From assembly GCA_963667035.1 (NCBI GenBank), contig OY762964.1, positions 2,048,001 to 2,112,000 of the forward strand: DNA of 64,000 nucleotides, given 5' to 3'. Positions 1 to 11,180 of the stretch are shown here, in pieces (positions within the stretch are counted from its first letter, which is position 1; every line of letters begins with the position of its first letter). The translations under genes were made by a program, and so were the position numbers. The DNA comes from Candidatus Cloacimonadales bacterium (lineage in GTDB: Bacteria > Cloacimonadota > Cloacimonadia > Cloacimonadales > JAFGVF01). The notes beneath the pieces are model-generated. The model was not told the origin of the DNA and made no database searches. It saw nothing but the letters and a program-made list of their open reading frames with translations.

Positions 1-2
1 AG

Positions 3-2045
3 ATGCTTGAAGCTCAATTGAATCTTGCTACTTCTGAAACTCCAATCAGAATAGTATTAAGAGATTTAAGAGTGACATATCAAAAAGCTAAAACCAATAG
101 ATATATCTTTCTGGAACTGACAACCCTTGCCATGCTTGTGCAGATTTACTCTTCTCTACAAGCTACAAAAAATGCTAACCAGTATTTCAAGCTTATGAAG
201 AGTAGAATTGATGTTATAACTGAAAGTTGTGATTCCGAGATTATCAACTTCTATAAAAAGCATTACTTCTACAGAAAGAAATATCTGACAGAACTCAATT
301 TCATGGAAGTCGCACCTCGCTTACAACACGATAAAGAAAGCCTTGTTGAGCAGTTATATGATTTATTGCGTTTAAGTAATGTAACTCGTATTAAGTTCTT
401 TGTTGAAAAAGCTTTAAAAGAGACTATTTCTCCTTCGCATTTTGCTATTTATCTCATTGATAAAAACAATGACCTGACAGCATTTATGGAGTATCAGTGT
501 ACAGAGCTTATATCTTCATCGGTAAAAATACCTGAATATATCTATAAGAGCATTAATAACAATGCAATTACTACTGTTAACATAAAAGGAATGCATTATC
601 TTTTTGTTCCACTGATAATCAAGTCAGCGAAAATTGGTTGCCTTGTAATAAGTGATGAAGGTGAATTGAATTATCAGAAGATTGAGCTCGAGATGATGCA
701 AGCATTGAAGCTACATCTTACAGCAATACTAGTCAGAGTTCAAGAGTACACGGAGATGAGACAGAACCGTGATTTAATTACCAAATTGATGTATGCCTCC
801 CAAGAGATGATGGGAATTATTGATATTACCAAGTTGAATCTGAGCCTTTTAGGTTGGTGTATTGACTTTACGGGAAGTAGTCGTGGATTTCTTTTAAAGA
901 AGACTTACGACGGAACTCTAGAAGTTGACTTGGCTTTAGATTCAAGCAAGAAATTCCTGAGTAGCAATGAGATGGTTAGCCATGATGTGATAGCGGAAGT
1001 GCAATCTCATAAGAAGTTCTACTATCATCACATAAACCAGAACGAGCAGAGGTTCGATTTGGATTATGATTTGGATGAATTCGTCGTGCAAACGGTTTAT
1101 GCCGCTCCGATATTAATAAAGAATAACGAGATATACGGGATTGTTTATCTGGATAACTTCCTTGATAGTAGCACTAAACTAACCGTTAATCAGGATATGA
1201 TGAAACTTCTATTCATGCAAATTTCAGCAGCTATACAGAATGCTCTGCAATATGAGAGTCTTGTGCAAAGAAACATAGCTTTAGGAAATCTGGAGAATGC
1301 TAAGGATTGTTTTGCAGGAATAGTTTCTCATGAGTTAATAACACCGTTAACCAAACTTAATAGCGAAGTAAACAGACTAAAAAATAAGCAATATCATTCC
1401 GATGAAGAGAAAGAAAAACTTCTGTTAAAAGCCGAAGAGAATATAGGACATCTTACCAGAACAACAGAAAGTATTATGACTTTACACAGATATAACACTG
1501 TTTCCACATTGAAACTGACTTCTAATAATCTTTCTGAATTCTGCAATCACATTACGGAAGAAGCTGAATTGATTTCCAAATCAAGAAAGATGATAGTGAA
1601 ATCAACTATTGAGGATAATCTACCTGATGTGTATTTTAATTGGGAAGCAATGTTTACAGCGATTATGAACATCATCAGTAACTCGGTAAGATATACAAAG
1701 GATTTTGGAACTATTGAAATTGTCATTAGAAGATCAACTTTCCAGACTGAAAAGATTAATGACCAACAATCCATTGTGTTTATCATAAGAGATAACGGTA
1801 AAGGTATGCCTCAATATGAAATTGACAGGATATTTACTAAATTTTCTGAGTTAAAAGACTTGTATTCGCATCATTCGGGAACAATTCAATACGATAGTTG
1901 TGGATTAGGATTAGGATTATCTGTAACTAAACAGATAATTGATCTTCATCATGGTAAGATATGGATAAAAAGTGAAGAGGATGAAGGGACAGTTGTGAAT
2001 ATTGCCCTTCCAATGATAAAAGAGATGAAAACAGAGGATAATTAA
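3..2045 (+). CDS. GAF-domain sensor histidine kinase (5' end probably outside the window)
   Basis: H-box SHELITPL, N-box NIISNSVRYT, G1 DNGKGM, G2 GLGLGL; two GAF-like regions upstream (VPLIIKSAKIG, APILIKNNEIYGIVYLDN). Confidence 0.9.
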   Translation: MLEAQLNLATSETPIRIVLRDLRVTYQKAKTNRYIFLELTTLAMLVQIYSSLQATKNANQYFKLMKSRIDVITESCDSEIINFYKKHYFYRKKYLTELNFMEVAPRLQHDKESLVEQLYDLLRLSNVTRIKFFVEKALKETISPSHFAIYLIDKNNDLTAFMEYQCTELISSSVKIPEYIYKSINNNAITTVNIKGMHYLFVPLIIKSAKIGCLVISDEGELNYQKIELEMMQALKLHLTAILVRVQEYTEMRQNRDLITKLMYASQEMMGIIDITKLNLSLLGWCIDFTGSSRGFLLKKTYDGTLEVDLALDSSKKFLSSNEMVSHDVIAEVQSHKKFYYHHINQNEQRFDLDYDLDEFVVQTVYAAPILIKNNEIYGIVYLDNFLDSSTKLTVNQDMMKLLFMQISAAIQNALQYESLVQRNIALGNLENAKDCFAGIVSHELITPLTKLNSEVNRLKNKQYHSDEEKEKLLLKAEENIGHLTRTTESIMTLHRYNTVSTLKLTSNNLSEFCNHITEEAELISKSRKMIVKSTIEDNLPDVYFNWEAMFTAIMNIISNSVRYTKDFGTIEIVIRRSTFQTEKINDQQSIVFIIRDNGKGMPQYEIDRIFTKFSELKDLYSHHSGTIQYDSCGLGLGLSVTKQIIDLHHGKIWIKSEEDEGTVVNIALPMIKEMKTEDN

Positions 2046-4918
2046 TGTCTAGAAAAGTAACAATAATTCTAATTACTTTTGTTTTGTTGTTTTCGGTATT
2101 ATTCGGAACAGATAGTGAAGACTTTAAATTTATATATGGCTTATTCTCAGACAGCAATTACTCGATTGCTAAATCAGAGATAAACAGATTCGAAAACAAT
2201 TACCCTGACTCGGAGTATTACCCTGTGGTCAGATTGATATTTGGTGACATTCTTTTTGCAGAGAAGAACTATTCGGAAGCTGATAAAGTATACAAAAGTA
2301 TCTACGAGAAAGCCCCTGTTGAGCAGTTAAGGGGTGAAGCCGTTGTTAAACAGATTCAATGCTTGTATCACTTAAACAAATACGGTGAATTGAAAAAACT
2401 TAGAGATTATTTTGTTAAGACTTTCCCCAATAGAGATGATAGATGGATGGCTTATTATTGGAATGCAAAAGCATTTCTGAACGAAAATAAGATTTCTGAT
2501 GCTTATAGTGAAATCCTACTTGCTGAGAAGATTATTTCCAATGCGGATATACAAAGTGCCAAAGTGCAAATTATGATTCCCAGAGGACAAGATGATGAGA
2601 CTTCGGAAGAAGTTGAGGAGATGCTTAGTAAGTATCCCAAACATCCAGGTACTGATTATGCGTATGTAAAATGGTTTGATTACAATTATCAAAATAAGAA
2701 CTTCAAACCAATCTTGGAAAGACACTATCGCTTAAGAAATGATTCGCGTTACTATAATGACTATTTGTTAATTTTAGCCCAATCATACTATGAGTTAGAG
2801 GATTATACCACTGCTCTTGATGTATTGCAAAGAATGGATAAGTATATTGATAAGAAAAGCTTCTATCAAGGGCTATCATACGAAAGACTGGGAAGAGTGG
2901 AAGAAGCCAAGAACAAGTTACGCAGACTCTATGAGAACTCTGATGACCCCGAAGTTAAATATAACAGTTTCTTTAAACTTGTAGATATTATCTCTCTGGA
3001 ATCACCGGATAAAGCACTTGCTGAATTGAATAGATTCATTGCTGACCCTAAAAACAAAAACAATCTTGATTCTGCCTATTACCAAAAAGCTCAGATACAA
3101 TATCTACTGGAGCAATATCCTGATGCTATTAACAGTCTTGTCAAACTTAGTCAGTCTTCCTTGAATACAAACCTTCAGGAAAAAGCTCAATTCCTCTATG
3201 GTGATATCTATTACATGCTTGAGAGATATACAGATGCAATAGATTTCTATGAGGACTACGTAACCATTTATGAATCAGGTCTCTTTTTAAGTGAAGTATA
3301 CTTTAAACTTGGAATGTCTAATCTTGCTCTTCGTAACTGGCAAGATTCCAAGGAATGGTTTGAAAAGGTTATAAATGAGTTCCCTGAAGATTCAAAAGCA
3401 ACAACCTCTATATACTATATTGGTGAGCTGTACTTCCTTCAACATAAATATAAGCAAGCTGTTACACAGTTTACAAAAGCACTTGATAAAGGATTTGAAA
3501 CAAATGTGACTAATGAGCGAATAGCTCATGCATATTATTACTCAGGTCAATATGATAAGGCTATGACAACAATTGAGAAGATTCCTGAAATGGAGCCTTA
3601 CTTATTCGATAAGTATATGCTCGAAGGAAACATTGAATTCAATAGAGATAAGAACAACTTTGCTTTGATTTACTATCAGATTGCTAAGAAATATGTTAAA
3701 TCCAAAGAAGAAACAGAATTAGTTCTTAGTCAGACTGCTTGGACATATTACAAGATGGAGCGATATGATGAAGCGAAAGATACTTTCAGAATGCTCTCGG
3801 AAGAATCCGATACTCCTGATAAATATCTTCTTCTTTCTGCTAATGCAGCTTTCAATCATGAAGACTACCAACAGGCAATCAATGTATATGAAGAGCTCAT
3901 AAAGAAATATAAAAAGTCAAAGCTTATAGTAGAAGCTACATTAGGTATTGCAAATGCATATTATAATCTTGGTGATTATCAGAACTCTTTCTCTACATTT
4001 ACAGAACTGCTGACCGAACATAATCTGAAAAAGAATACTCAGCTTGTCATTGACGGGTTGTATTGGAACATGATTAGAGATAATGCTAATGACTATCGTG
4101 ATGATATTAAGACTATTATTAATAAAAATAGTGATGATGATGAAAATAACAGACTTCTTGCAATTCAATTGAAATGGGAGATGGATAGAAAACTTTATAA
4201 TGATGCTGTGAAAACAGGTAAAGAACTGATTGAGAATAAGAAATATTATGGTGACAATGACGAGTTAGTAATTCAATATGCAGAAGCTTTAAAGAATATT
4301 AAGGATTTCAACAGAGCTGAGAATCTCTTTACTAAAACTCTAAAGAAGCTAGAACCATCAAAGACAAATTTCCACTTGGCAGATATATATCTAGCTAAGG
4401 GAGATACAACTCTTGCCATCACTAGCCTAAGATCCATTCAAAAAGAGAAACCTGAATACTCATCAGCTATTAGACTTCTCAGAATATCTAGAATCAGTAA
4501 TAACCCCGACTTTATAACAGACTATACAAATGTTGTAGCATCGGGAGTCTCTACCGATTATGCTGAGGCTAAACTTCAATATGTTGAGTATTACATTGAT
4601 AAAAACAAAGTCTCAACTATTACTAATGAGCTTGAACAATTACTAAAACATGATAAGAAACAGATAAGAGCTAGTGCGCAATATTTAAAAGGTAAATCTC
4701 TCTACATTCAGAAGAAGTACTCTGATGCAATTCCGGAATTACTTAGAGTTAAGTATATTTATCCTGAATTCAAAGATATAGTTCTCAATGCTGAGTATTA
4801 CACTACTTTAAGCTATATCAAGTCGGGTAGAAATGAAGAAGCTACGAAGCTCCTCAAAGTCATCAAATCCGATTTACCTATTGATAAAGTAAAGTCAATT
4901 GAGAGGATGCTTAAATAG
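2045..4918 (+). CDS. Secreted/periplasmic tetratricopeptide-repeat protein
   Basis: N-terminal signal peptide, many TPR-like helical repeats (e.g. AQFLYGDIYYMLERYTDAIDFY); start overlaps the kinase stop (TAATG). Confidence 0.85.
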   Translation: MSRKVTIILITFVLLFSVLFGTDSEDFKFIYGLFSDSNYSIAKSEINRFENNYPDSEYYPVVRLIFGDILFAEKNYSEADKVYKSIYEKAPVEQLRGEAVVKQIQCLYHLNKYGELKKLRDYFVKTFPNRDDRWMAYYWNAKAFLNENKISDAYSEILLAEKIISNADIQSAKVQIMIPRGQDDETSEEVEEMLSKYPKHPGTDYAYVKWFDYNYQNKNFKPILERHYRLRNDSRYYNDYLLILAQSYYELEDYTTALDVLQRMDKYIDKKSFYQGLSYERLGRVEEAKNKLRRLYENSDDPEVKYNSFFKLVDIISLESPDKALAELNRFIADPKNKNNLDSAYYQKAQIQYLLEQYPDAINSLVKLSQSSLNTNLQEKAQFLYGDIYYMLERYTDAIDFYEDYVTIYESGLFLSEVYFKLGMSNLALRNWQDSKEWFEKVINEFPEDSKATTSIYYIGELYFLQHKYKQAVTQFTKALDKGFETNVTNERIAHAYYYSGQYDKAMTTIEKIPEMEPYLFDKYMLEGNIEFNRDKNNFALIYYQIAKKYVKSKEETELVLSQTAWTYYKMERYDEAKDTFRMLSEESDTPDKYLLLSANAAFNHEDYQQAINVYEELIKKYKKSKLIVEATLGIANAYYNLGDYQNSFSTFTELLTEHNLKKNTQLVIDGLYWNMIRDNANDYRDDIKTIINKNSDDDENNRLLAIQLKWEMDRKLYNDAVKTGKELIENKKYYGDNDELVIQYAEALKNIKDFNRAENLFTKTLKKLEPSKTNFHLADIYLAKGDTTLAITSLRSIQKEKPEYSSAIRLLRISRISNNPDFITDYTNVVASGVSTDYAEAKLQYVEYYIDKNKVSTITNELEQLLKHDKKQIRASAQYLKGKSLYIQKKYSDAIPELLRVKYIYPEFKDIVLNAEYYTTLSYIKSGRNEEATKLLKVIKSDLPIDKVKSIERMLK

Positions 4919-6370
4919 ATGAAGAAGTTTATAACAACCTTTTTTGTTCTCTTTCTCATCTCATTGTCTGCTCAGTCAGGCGACATCAGCTTACAGGATG
5001 TAAAAATAGAAGGTAATGACAATAAATCAGCAGACTTTCATCTTGTTAAAAGAGATTTAAGCAAGTATGAATTCATAGAGAATCCTCTCGATACGCGATA
5101 CAAGTACTTTGCCCCTGTAAATACATTTTCAACAATTAAGGATAGTGTTAAGGAGCATGAGTCATATACAGAGTTCGAAGCAGGTACAAAAGGCAATATA
5201 TACTTTAAGACTGCTTATAGAGACGGTGATAAAAAACTCTTGAGATTTAATGCAGGATACAATACTAAAAAGTATTCTTCCGATTGGCATATTTCAGCAA
5301 TGGAGTTCAATTGGACACCTTTTGTGCTAAACTCAGAATACTCTATAGAAGCTTTTGAAGATAAGTATAAATTACATAACATTGATAATAACTATAGCGG
5401 ATTTAATGTATATGGAGACTTCAGTAGACTATTAGCTTTAGATAGATTAACCGGACTGTATTGTAAGGTTGAATTGGGAAACTATGATTCGGATAATTCT
5501 AAATCATTAGCATCTGCTACGATTTCATCTAACTATGCAATAAATGATGTGAATAAGCTATCCTTAGACCTAACTGTGAAGAATGATTATTTTCATTTCA
5601 ATGCATCGGATAGAATAAGCATCAAGAAGTCAGAAATATCAGTCATGCTACAAGGAGATAACGATCTTATCTTCCCGACAGTGGGATGGGAGTTACCTTT
5701 AGTTGACTCGTCTATTGGAGTTCTGAGCTTTAATAACAGACCAACTACTCTAACTCTGGATTATAGAGATAATCTGGCAAACTATCACTATTTGGATATT
5801 AGTAGAAAGATAAAGTCTCAATTCTCACCAATCAATGCCTCACTAGTTTATGGAAGCAGTCGGATAATTCCTTTTAATGTAAGTCTATTCCACAAGTATC
5901 TTCTTAACTATGGTTATATTAGTCTTTATGATTACACAAACTTTAACTATAAAGATATTCAGATATCGGGTATAGCAGTAAATCTTTCTTATAATTCAAA
6001 GCATTTCAATGTAGCAAATGATTCGGTGATCCGTTATTTTGACCATCAAGATATAAAGTTAAATAGTTTAAGCAATTACAAACAAGTCCCCTATCTCAGT
6101 TCTTTTGAGAACAAAACGACTCTAGATATTGTTATTGACAAATTTCTTTTTAATACTCTAATTGTTTATAAGAATAGTCGATACAGTCATTTAAATGAGA
6201 AGCTGGATCCTATGTATAGATTAGATTGTAAATTAGAGTATAGATTAAAAAGAGAGTATTCGTTCTATCTTCTATGTGAAAACATCGTCAAGGAAGGAGC
6301 AATTGTTTACTCAAATTATGAAGAAGAACCATTTAACTTAGGAATTGGATTGAAAATATCTTTACGATAG
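4919..6370 (+). CDS. Putative outer-membrane beta-barrel protein (TonB-dependent-receptor-like partner of the TPR protein)
   Basis: Signal peptide, alternating beta-strand pattern, C-terminus NLGIGLKISLR; directly abuts the TPR gene. Confidence 0.55.
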   Translation: MKKFITTFFVLFLISLSAQSGDISLQDVKIEGNDNKSADFHLVKRDLSKYEFIENPLDTRYKYFAPVNTFSTIKDSVKEHESYTEFEAGTKGNIYFKTAYRDGDKKLLRFNAGYNTKKYSSDWHISAMEFNWTPFVLNSEYSIEAFEDKYKLHNIDNNYSGFNVYGDFSRLLALDRLTGLYCKVELGNYDSDNSKSLASATISSNYAINDVNKLSLDLTVKNDYFHFNASDRISIKKSEISVMLQGDNDLIFPTVGWELPLVDSSIGVLSFNNRPTTLTLDYRDNLANYHYLDISRKIKSQFSPINASLVYGSSRIIPFNVSLFHKYLLNYGYISLYDYTNFNYKDIQISGIAVNLSYNSKHFNVANDSVIRYFDHQDIKLNSLSNYKQVPYLSSFENKTTLDIVIDKFLFNTLIVYKNSRYSHLNEKLDPMYRLDCKLEYRLKREYSFYLLCENIVKEGAIVYSNYEEEPFNLGIGLKISLR

Positions 6371-6374
6371 AATT

Positions 6375-6785
6375 ATGAGAGAAATATTAAAAAAGCTTGT
6401 CCTGTTAATCAGAGAAGACTCTATCAGAAAAATGGCTCATGCTACTGCACTTATTATTATTACATCAGGAATGATATGGCTTACATATATTCTTTTAATT
6501 GATAATAATGAGAAGAATCTTAACGAACCCATCGCTGAAGATATTGATGATTATCAGGCTAAATATACTGCAGACCAGTCAAGCTTTGACCCTGAGATTC
6601 TTGAAGCGAATCGTAAAGCATGGACATCTAGTTATAATAAACATACTACTACCAGATTCAGGGATTTCGTCTACACTATATTCTTCCATCCTGCGATAGT
6701 ATTCTTCTTTGCAATTATTGTGAATGTTATTGTTCTTGGAAGTATTGTTGTTTATTTCATTACCAAGCATAAAGCAGAGCCATAA
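6375..6785 (+). CDS. Hypothetical membrane protein with two TM segments
   Basis: Two hydrophobic stretches; starts 4 bp after the previous gene. Confidence 0.65.
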   Translation: MREILKKLVLLIREDSIRKMAHATALIIITSGMIWLTYILLIDNNEKNLNEPIAEDIDDYQAKYTADQSSFDPEILEANRKAWTSSYNKHTTTRFRDFVYTIFFHPAIVFFFAIIVNVIVLGSIVVYFITKHKAEP

Positions 6786-6895
6786 AGCAACTGACTGTAT
6801 TCTTAACAGTTAAATTGTTTTTTAGAAATAAATGTCCATTTTTGCTTGACAACAATAGTGACCTGAAATTTATTCCAATCACTGTTCAACGACAG

Positions 6896-6971
6896 GGCGA
6901 GATAGCTCAGCAGGTAGAGCAGAGGCCTGAAAAGCCTTGTGTCCCCAGTTCAACTCTGGGTCTCGCCACCA
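6896..6971 (+). tRNA. tRNA-Phe(GAA)
   Basis: Acceptor stem GGCGAGA/TCTCGCC, D arm GCTC/GAGC, anticodon arm GAGGC-CTGAAAA-GCCTT, T arm CCCAG-TTCAACT-CTGGG, encoded CCA; TTGACA upstream at 6846. Confidence 0.97.
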
Positions 6972-6977
6972 GTTTTC

Positions 6978-7000
6978 CCCGACTCAGGTCGGGTTTTTTT
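6978..7000 (+). terminator. Rho-independent terminator after tRNA-Phe
   Basis: CCCGAC-TCAG-GTCGGG followed by T7. Confidence 0.85.
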
Positions 7001-7024
7001 ATTTATACCATATTTGAGGTTCTT

Positions 7025-8566
7025 ATGAAAAAGTTTCTCCTAAGAAGTGTCTCTTCTCCAATTATTAATGATTACGATTTACATTATCTTGTCTCCCGTA
7101 AGCTAAAGATAAATCAAAGCGATATTGCCGACTTAACCTTAATCCGTAAATCGATAGATGCCAGAAAGAGAAACAATCTTAGGTTTAACTTCACTGTTGA
7201 AGTAACTTTTAATAATCAACCTCCTAAACATCCGGACTTGCTTCCTGTGAATGATCCCCCAAAAATTATACTTCCAACAGTCATTGTTTCTAATCCCAGT
7301 CCCATTATTATCGGAGCCGGTCCTTCAGGTTTATTCTGTGCTCTGGCGATGGTAGAAAAAGGATTAAAGCCAATCATCTATGATAGAGGAAATAAGATTG
7401 AGAACCGTAAGAAGTGTATTAAGGAGTTTTGGCAAAAAGGCATTCTTAACGAAGATAGCAACATACAGTTTGGAGAAGGCGGAGCAGGAACTTTCTCGGA
7501 TGGTAAATTAACTGCTAGAAACAGAGACATATTCTCCGAAAAAGTGTTTGATTCACTTGTTACTTTCGGAGCTGATAAGGAAATCCAATTCGAAGCTCTT
7601 CCCCATCTCGGAACCGATAAACTGGAAGTTATCATTACCAATATTAGCAAGTATTTGGAATCTATGGGATGTGAATTCCATTGGAACTCCAAACTAACCG
7701 AGCTTAAATCTAAAGGTAATAAGATTATATCTCTTAGAATTAATAATGAAATCATTCGACCTGAAACAGTAGTGTTAGGAGTGGGTAATGCAGCTAGAGA
7801 TATATTTACTAATCTACACCAAAACAATATAGCCATTGAATCAAAAGACTTTGCAATGGGTGTGAGAATAGAGCATAGTCAAGACTACCTTAATAACACA
7901 TTCTATGGGGATAAAACAGACTTCTCAATTACTGGTCCGGCAACCTATAGACTTACCAGAAAGGTGAGCGGTACAGGAGTTTATAGCTTCTGTATGTGCC
8001 CCGGAGGACTCGTAATCAATGGTACTTCTGAGAACGAATCAATTGTTACCAATGGGATGAGCAATTCTTCAAGAACAGGTAAATACGGAAACAGTGCTAT
8101 TGTTGTGACTGTTAATAGTGATAAAAGTAATCCCTTCTTCGGTATGGAGCTACAGAAGAGTATAGAGCAAAAAGCATTTAGACAAGGTTACCAAGCCCCT
8201 GTTCAATCTGGTAAAGCTTTTCTTTCTGGAAAAAATGACTCTCATAAGATTACAGGATCTTTCCTTCCGGGAACGGTGAACAGTAATCTTCATAATCTTT
8301 TACCTAAAAGCATCGCACAGCCTCTTAAAACTGCTTTGACCCATTGGGATAAGAATCTAAACGGTTTTGCTAAGAATGGTGTACTTATTGCTCCTGAAAC
8401 AAGAACTTCTTCACCTATCCGTATTGTGAGAGATTATCAAACCAGAGCTTCTGTAAGTGCAACAAATCTCTATCCTATCGGAGAAGGTGCCGGTTATGCA
8501 GGCGGAATAATCAGCAGTGCAGTCGATGGTTGGAAGACAGGTTCTGTGTTCGAGCTAAAGGGTTAA
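7025..8566 (+). CDS. Uncharacterised FAD-dependent oxidoreductase (COG2509 type)
   Basis: GAGPSG Rossmann motif, QFGEGGAGTFSDGKL, FCMCPGG, PETRTSSP, GEGAGYAGGI. Start moved to ATG 7025 (RBS GAGGT) because the longer ORF overlaps the tRNA. Confidence 0.9.
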   Translation: MKKFLLRSVSSPIINDYDLHYLVSRKLKINQSDIADLTLIRKSIDARKRNNLRFNFTVEVTFNNQPPKHPDLLPVNDPPKIILPTVIVSNPSPIIIGAGPSGLFCALAMVEKGLKPIIYDRGNKIENRKKCIKEFWQKGILNEDSNIQFGEGGAGTFSDGKLTARNRDIFSEKVFDSLVTFGADKEIQFEALPHLGTDKLEVIITNISKYLESMGCEFHWNSKLTELKSKGNKIISLRINNEIIRPETVVLGVGNAARDIFTNLHQNNIAIESKDFAMGVRIEHSQDYLNNTFYGDKTDFSITGPATYRLTRKVSGTGVYSFCMCPGGLVINGTSENESIVTNGMSNSSRTGKYGNSAIVVTVNSDKSNPFFGMELQKSIEQKAFRQGYQAPVQSGKAFLSGKNDSHKITGSFLPGTVNSNLHNLLPKSIAQPLKTALTHWDKNLNGFAKNGVLIAPETRTSSPIRIVRDYQTRASVSATNLYPIGEGAGYAGGIISSAVDGWKTGSVFELKG

Positions 8567-9772
8567 CACTCCATAGTTACCGTCAAAGCCGGCAGGTTCA
8601 AAGGAGAACTTACCGTCATGTATTTTTAGTAGTCTTGCCAGGATATCGCTCTCTAGCTTATTATCAAGCTTACGTAAAATTAACTCTTTTGGTGCTAACC
8701 AAAAATCTATTTCGGTTTCAAATTCATTCAGGACAAGATTGAATCTATCAATAACATTTCCGGAAGTTATACTCTTCAATCCCATTGCTAAAGCTATTGC
8801 TTCAATCAGAGGTAACAAATGGTGAAACTTTCTTGTATGAACCGCTTCATATCCATTTGCCAATTGCTTCACTCTTCTCTCTACTCCCGGTAGGAATGGT
8901 TTGTTGCATATCGGGCAAATGCTTTCTTCTACACTGCCGGCAATATAAGCAACTTCATGTCCTGCCCTATCAGCTCTATGTCCCGTATTATAATAACGTC
9001 CCTCTTCCGGATTAAACTCAGCGGTAAACTCAACACTGTTTTGTCTTAATGCTTCTACAATGCCTTTATAGCTCCTTTCTTTCACATTCAGCATAGTAAA
9101 CTCACGCCCTATTCTGTTCAGAGCGGCACTATGGCAATCACTATTGGAAATCATGGTCATTCCGGAGAGCTCTTCAATCTGCTCAAGCATAAAAGGATCT
9201 GCACTTAAGCCTGTTTCTATCGTACTAATCTCGCTAGTAAAATCGCCGTAGAATTCATGTATGGATTCCAACATATTCTTACTTCCCAAAACTCCTTCAG
9301 GAGTCATTACATGGGCAGGAATTACTTCAACTAATGGATGTATCGCTTTTATTTCAAATAGTCTGTCAGTTTGCTGTTTTAGGTTCTCACTAACAATAAA
9401 CGGTCTACCTATTGTGTTTTTCTGCCCCCATTTATCCATTAGTTTCTGCATCTTCATAATGGATTCAAAGTCGGGAAACAGGACAACATGATGAGCCATA
9501 ATCTTACGTTTATAACCCTCAAGTTTTACAGATAGTATAATTTCGGTTTGGAGAGCAAATTGTTCCTGACTATCCTTAAAGGAGAAGAGACCTTCTGTAG
9601 TTTCATTAAGCACTTGTCTTAACTCCTCGGTTCTCTTAGGGAACAACACATCTCCAGCTCCAAATACGGAGATACCTTTCTTCTTCATTGTTGCAACTAT
9701 GTCTTCAAGCTTTATATTGCCAACTCCTCCGGCATAACCGGAATGCGAATGTAAATCTACTGCTAATCTCAT
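8555..9772 (-). CDS. Endonuclease Q family PHP-domain protein
   Basis: DLHSHS, IPAHVMTP, IETGLSAD, SNSDCHS, IGREFT, FNPEEGRYY, CPIC..GVERRV motifs. Confidence 0.85.
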   Translation of the reverse strand: MRLAVDLHSHSGYAGGVGNIKLEDIVATMKKKGISVFGAGDVLFPKRTEELRQVLNETTEGLFSFKDSQEQFALQTEIILSVKLEGYKRKIMAHHVVLFPDFESIMKMQKLMDKWGQKNTIGRPFIVSENLKQQTDRLFEIKAIHPLVEVIPAHVMTPEGVLGSKNMLESIHEFYGDFTSEISTIETGLSADPFMLEQIEELSGMTMISNSDCHSAALNRIGREFTMLNVKERSYKGIVEALRQNSVEFTAEFNPEEGRYYNTGHRADRAGHEVAYIAGSVEESICPICNKPFLPGVERRVKQLANGYEAVHTRKFHHLLPLIEAIALAMGLKSITSGNVIDRFNLVLNEFETEIDFWLAPKELILRKLDNKLESDILARLLKIHDGKFSFEPAGFDGNYGVLTL

Positions 9773-10530
9773 TCTCTTATCTCCGGAGCAAACATCTCGT
9801 ATTCAGCTCCCATGGCTTTTATAACTTGAATACTTCTGTCGTAGTGTTTATCAAAAAGGTCAATTGTGTGAGCATCGGAACCGATAGTTAGCAATCTTCC
9901 ACCTAAATCAAAGTATAGATCAAGATCCCTGACAATAGGCAGAATCTCATTAATCGGTTTACTATATCCCGAGTTGTTGATCTCAAGAGCGATTCCTTTT
10001 TCTATCATCACTTTGAAAATCTCTTTCTTCAAATCCTTAACATGGTTTTCTTCATGCCTTTTGTATCTGTTAAAGATACCTAGATGCCCTAAGATATGGA
10101 AATCAGCTTGCTCAACCATGTTCAGATTCATCAGATAGTAATCCTTTATCTCATCTTTATTCAAGAATCCTTCGAAGTATGTGGATATTTCTCTTTTATT
10201 GGACAAGAAATGAATGGAAGCTAACAGATAATCAGGTGCATAATCACCGAATATATCCTCCAGTTCACTTTTAAACCAGTGATACTCCCCCACTTCGGCT
10301 CCCAAGGCAAGTTTAATTTCTGGATACTTGTTGCTGAGTTCTCTAATGATTTCAGTATAATTACCAAACTCGATGTTCTTGTGAGTACTCACACTCTCGG
10401 CAATAATGTCAAAATGATCTGTTATCCCAATCATTTCATAGTTTGTATCAATTGCTCTTTCAATAAGAGCTTCCGGTTCTATAATGCTGTCGGAACTGTA
10501 TTTTGTATGTATATGTAAATCTGTTTTCAT
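9769..10530 (-). CDS. PHP-family histidinol-phosphatase (HisJ-like)
   Basis: DLHIHT.YS.DS, ITDH, GHL, LEINNSG, TIGSDAH motifs; start at ATG 10530; ATGA overlap with the EndoQ gene. Confidence 0.85.
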   Translation of the reverse strand: MKTDLHIHTKYSSDSIIEPEALIERAIDTNYEMIGITDHFDIIAESVSTHKNIEFGNYTEIIRELSNKYPEIKLALGAEVGEYHWFKSELEDIFGDYAPDYLLASIHFLSNKREISTYFEGFLNKDEIKDYYLMNLNMVEQADFHILGHLGIFNRYKRHEENHVKDLKKEIFKVMIEKGIALEINNSGYSKPINEILPIVRDLDLYFDLGGRLLTIGSDAHTIDLFDKHYDRSIQVIKAMGAEYEMFAPEIRE

Positions 10531-10601
10531 GATAATCCTATCCAGATGTTTTTTGCATTTAGAGGAATGGCAGTTATTAGTCAATGAATATTGTGTTTTG
10601 A

Positions 10602-10757
10602 GTGCATTGACTGTGTCGATGCTGAATTACAATAGTAATTTAATCCACTTATGACGGAAATAACGTTAACTAAATATGAAATGCTCTTCTAATATCAGTG
10701 ATAGTTCCAAACTGCGTTTGGAGAATTATTCTAGGAGTGCATCGTCTGTGTCGATGC
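10602..10757. repeat. Short REP-like palindromes
   Basis: GTGCAT(T/C)G(A/T)CTGTGTCGATGC at 10602 and 10737; CCAAAC-TGC-GTTTGG at 10707. Confidence 0.55.
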
Positions 10758-11180
10758 AGATTTGCTTATGCAAGTCTCAACAATGTACTGCAACTCTCAT
10801 GAGTTGTTGTGACGACGAAGTCAAATACATAAAACCGTAACAGGAATGTGATAAAAGATAACATTTTAGGCTTATTAATGTGTTGCTTCATTCTTTTCAA
10901 AACGATGATATTAATATTGTTTAAGCTCATTCTTTATTACAAAAAATTAATAGTTTAGCTAATGAAATGCTCACTCATTGTTCTCTCATAGTTATTGTTT
11001 AAGAGCAATCAATTTCTACTCCTATTCTTATCACTCTCTTATGTTTTTGCACAGGGATTGCTCAAGAGACTCATAAGAATCGGACAAATTTCAATAGATT
11101 ATTATGATGGAGCATAGAAGAAATGATAAAACTATTTTGAGTATCTTTGATTAACCTGAGATAGATAAAATTAGCAAAAT

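Noticed and set aside
6815..7024. N-terminal extension of the FAD oxidoreductase ORF
   Set aside because: It overlaps tRNA-Phe and its terminator; the real start is ATG 7025
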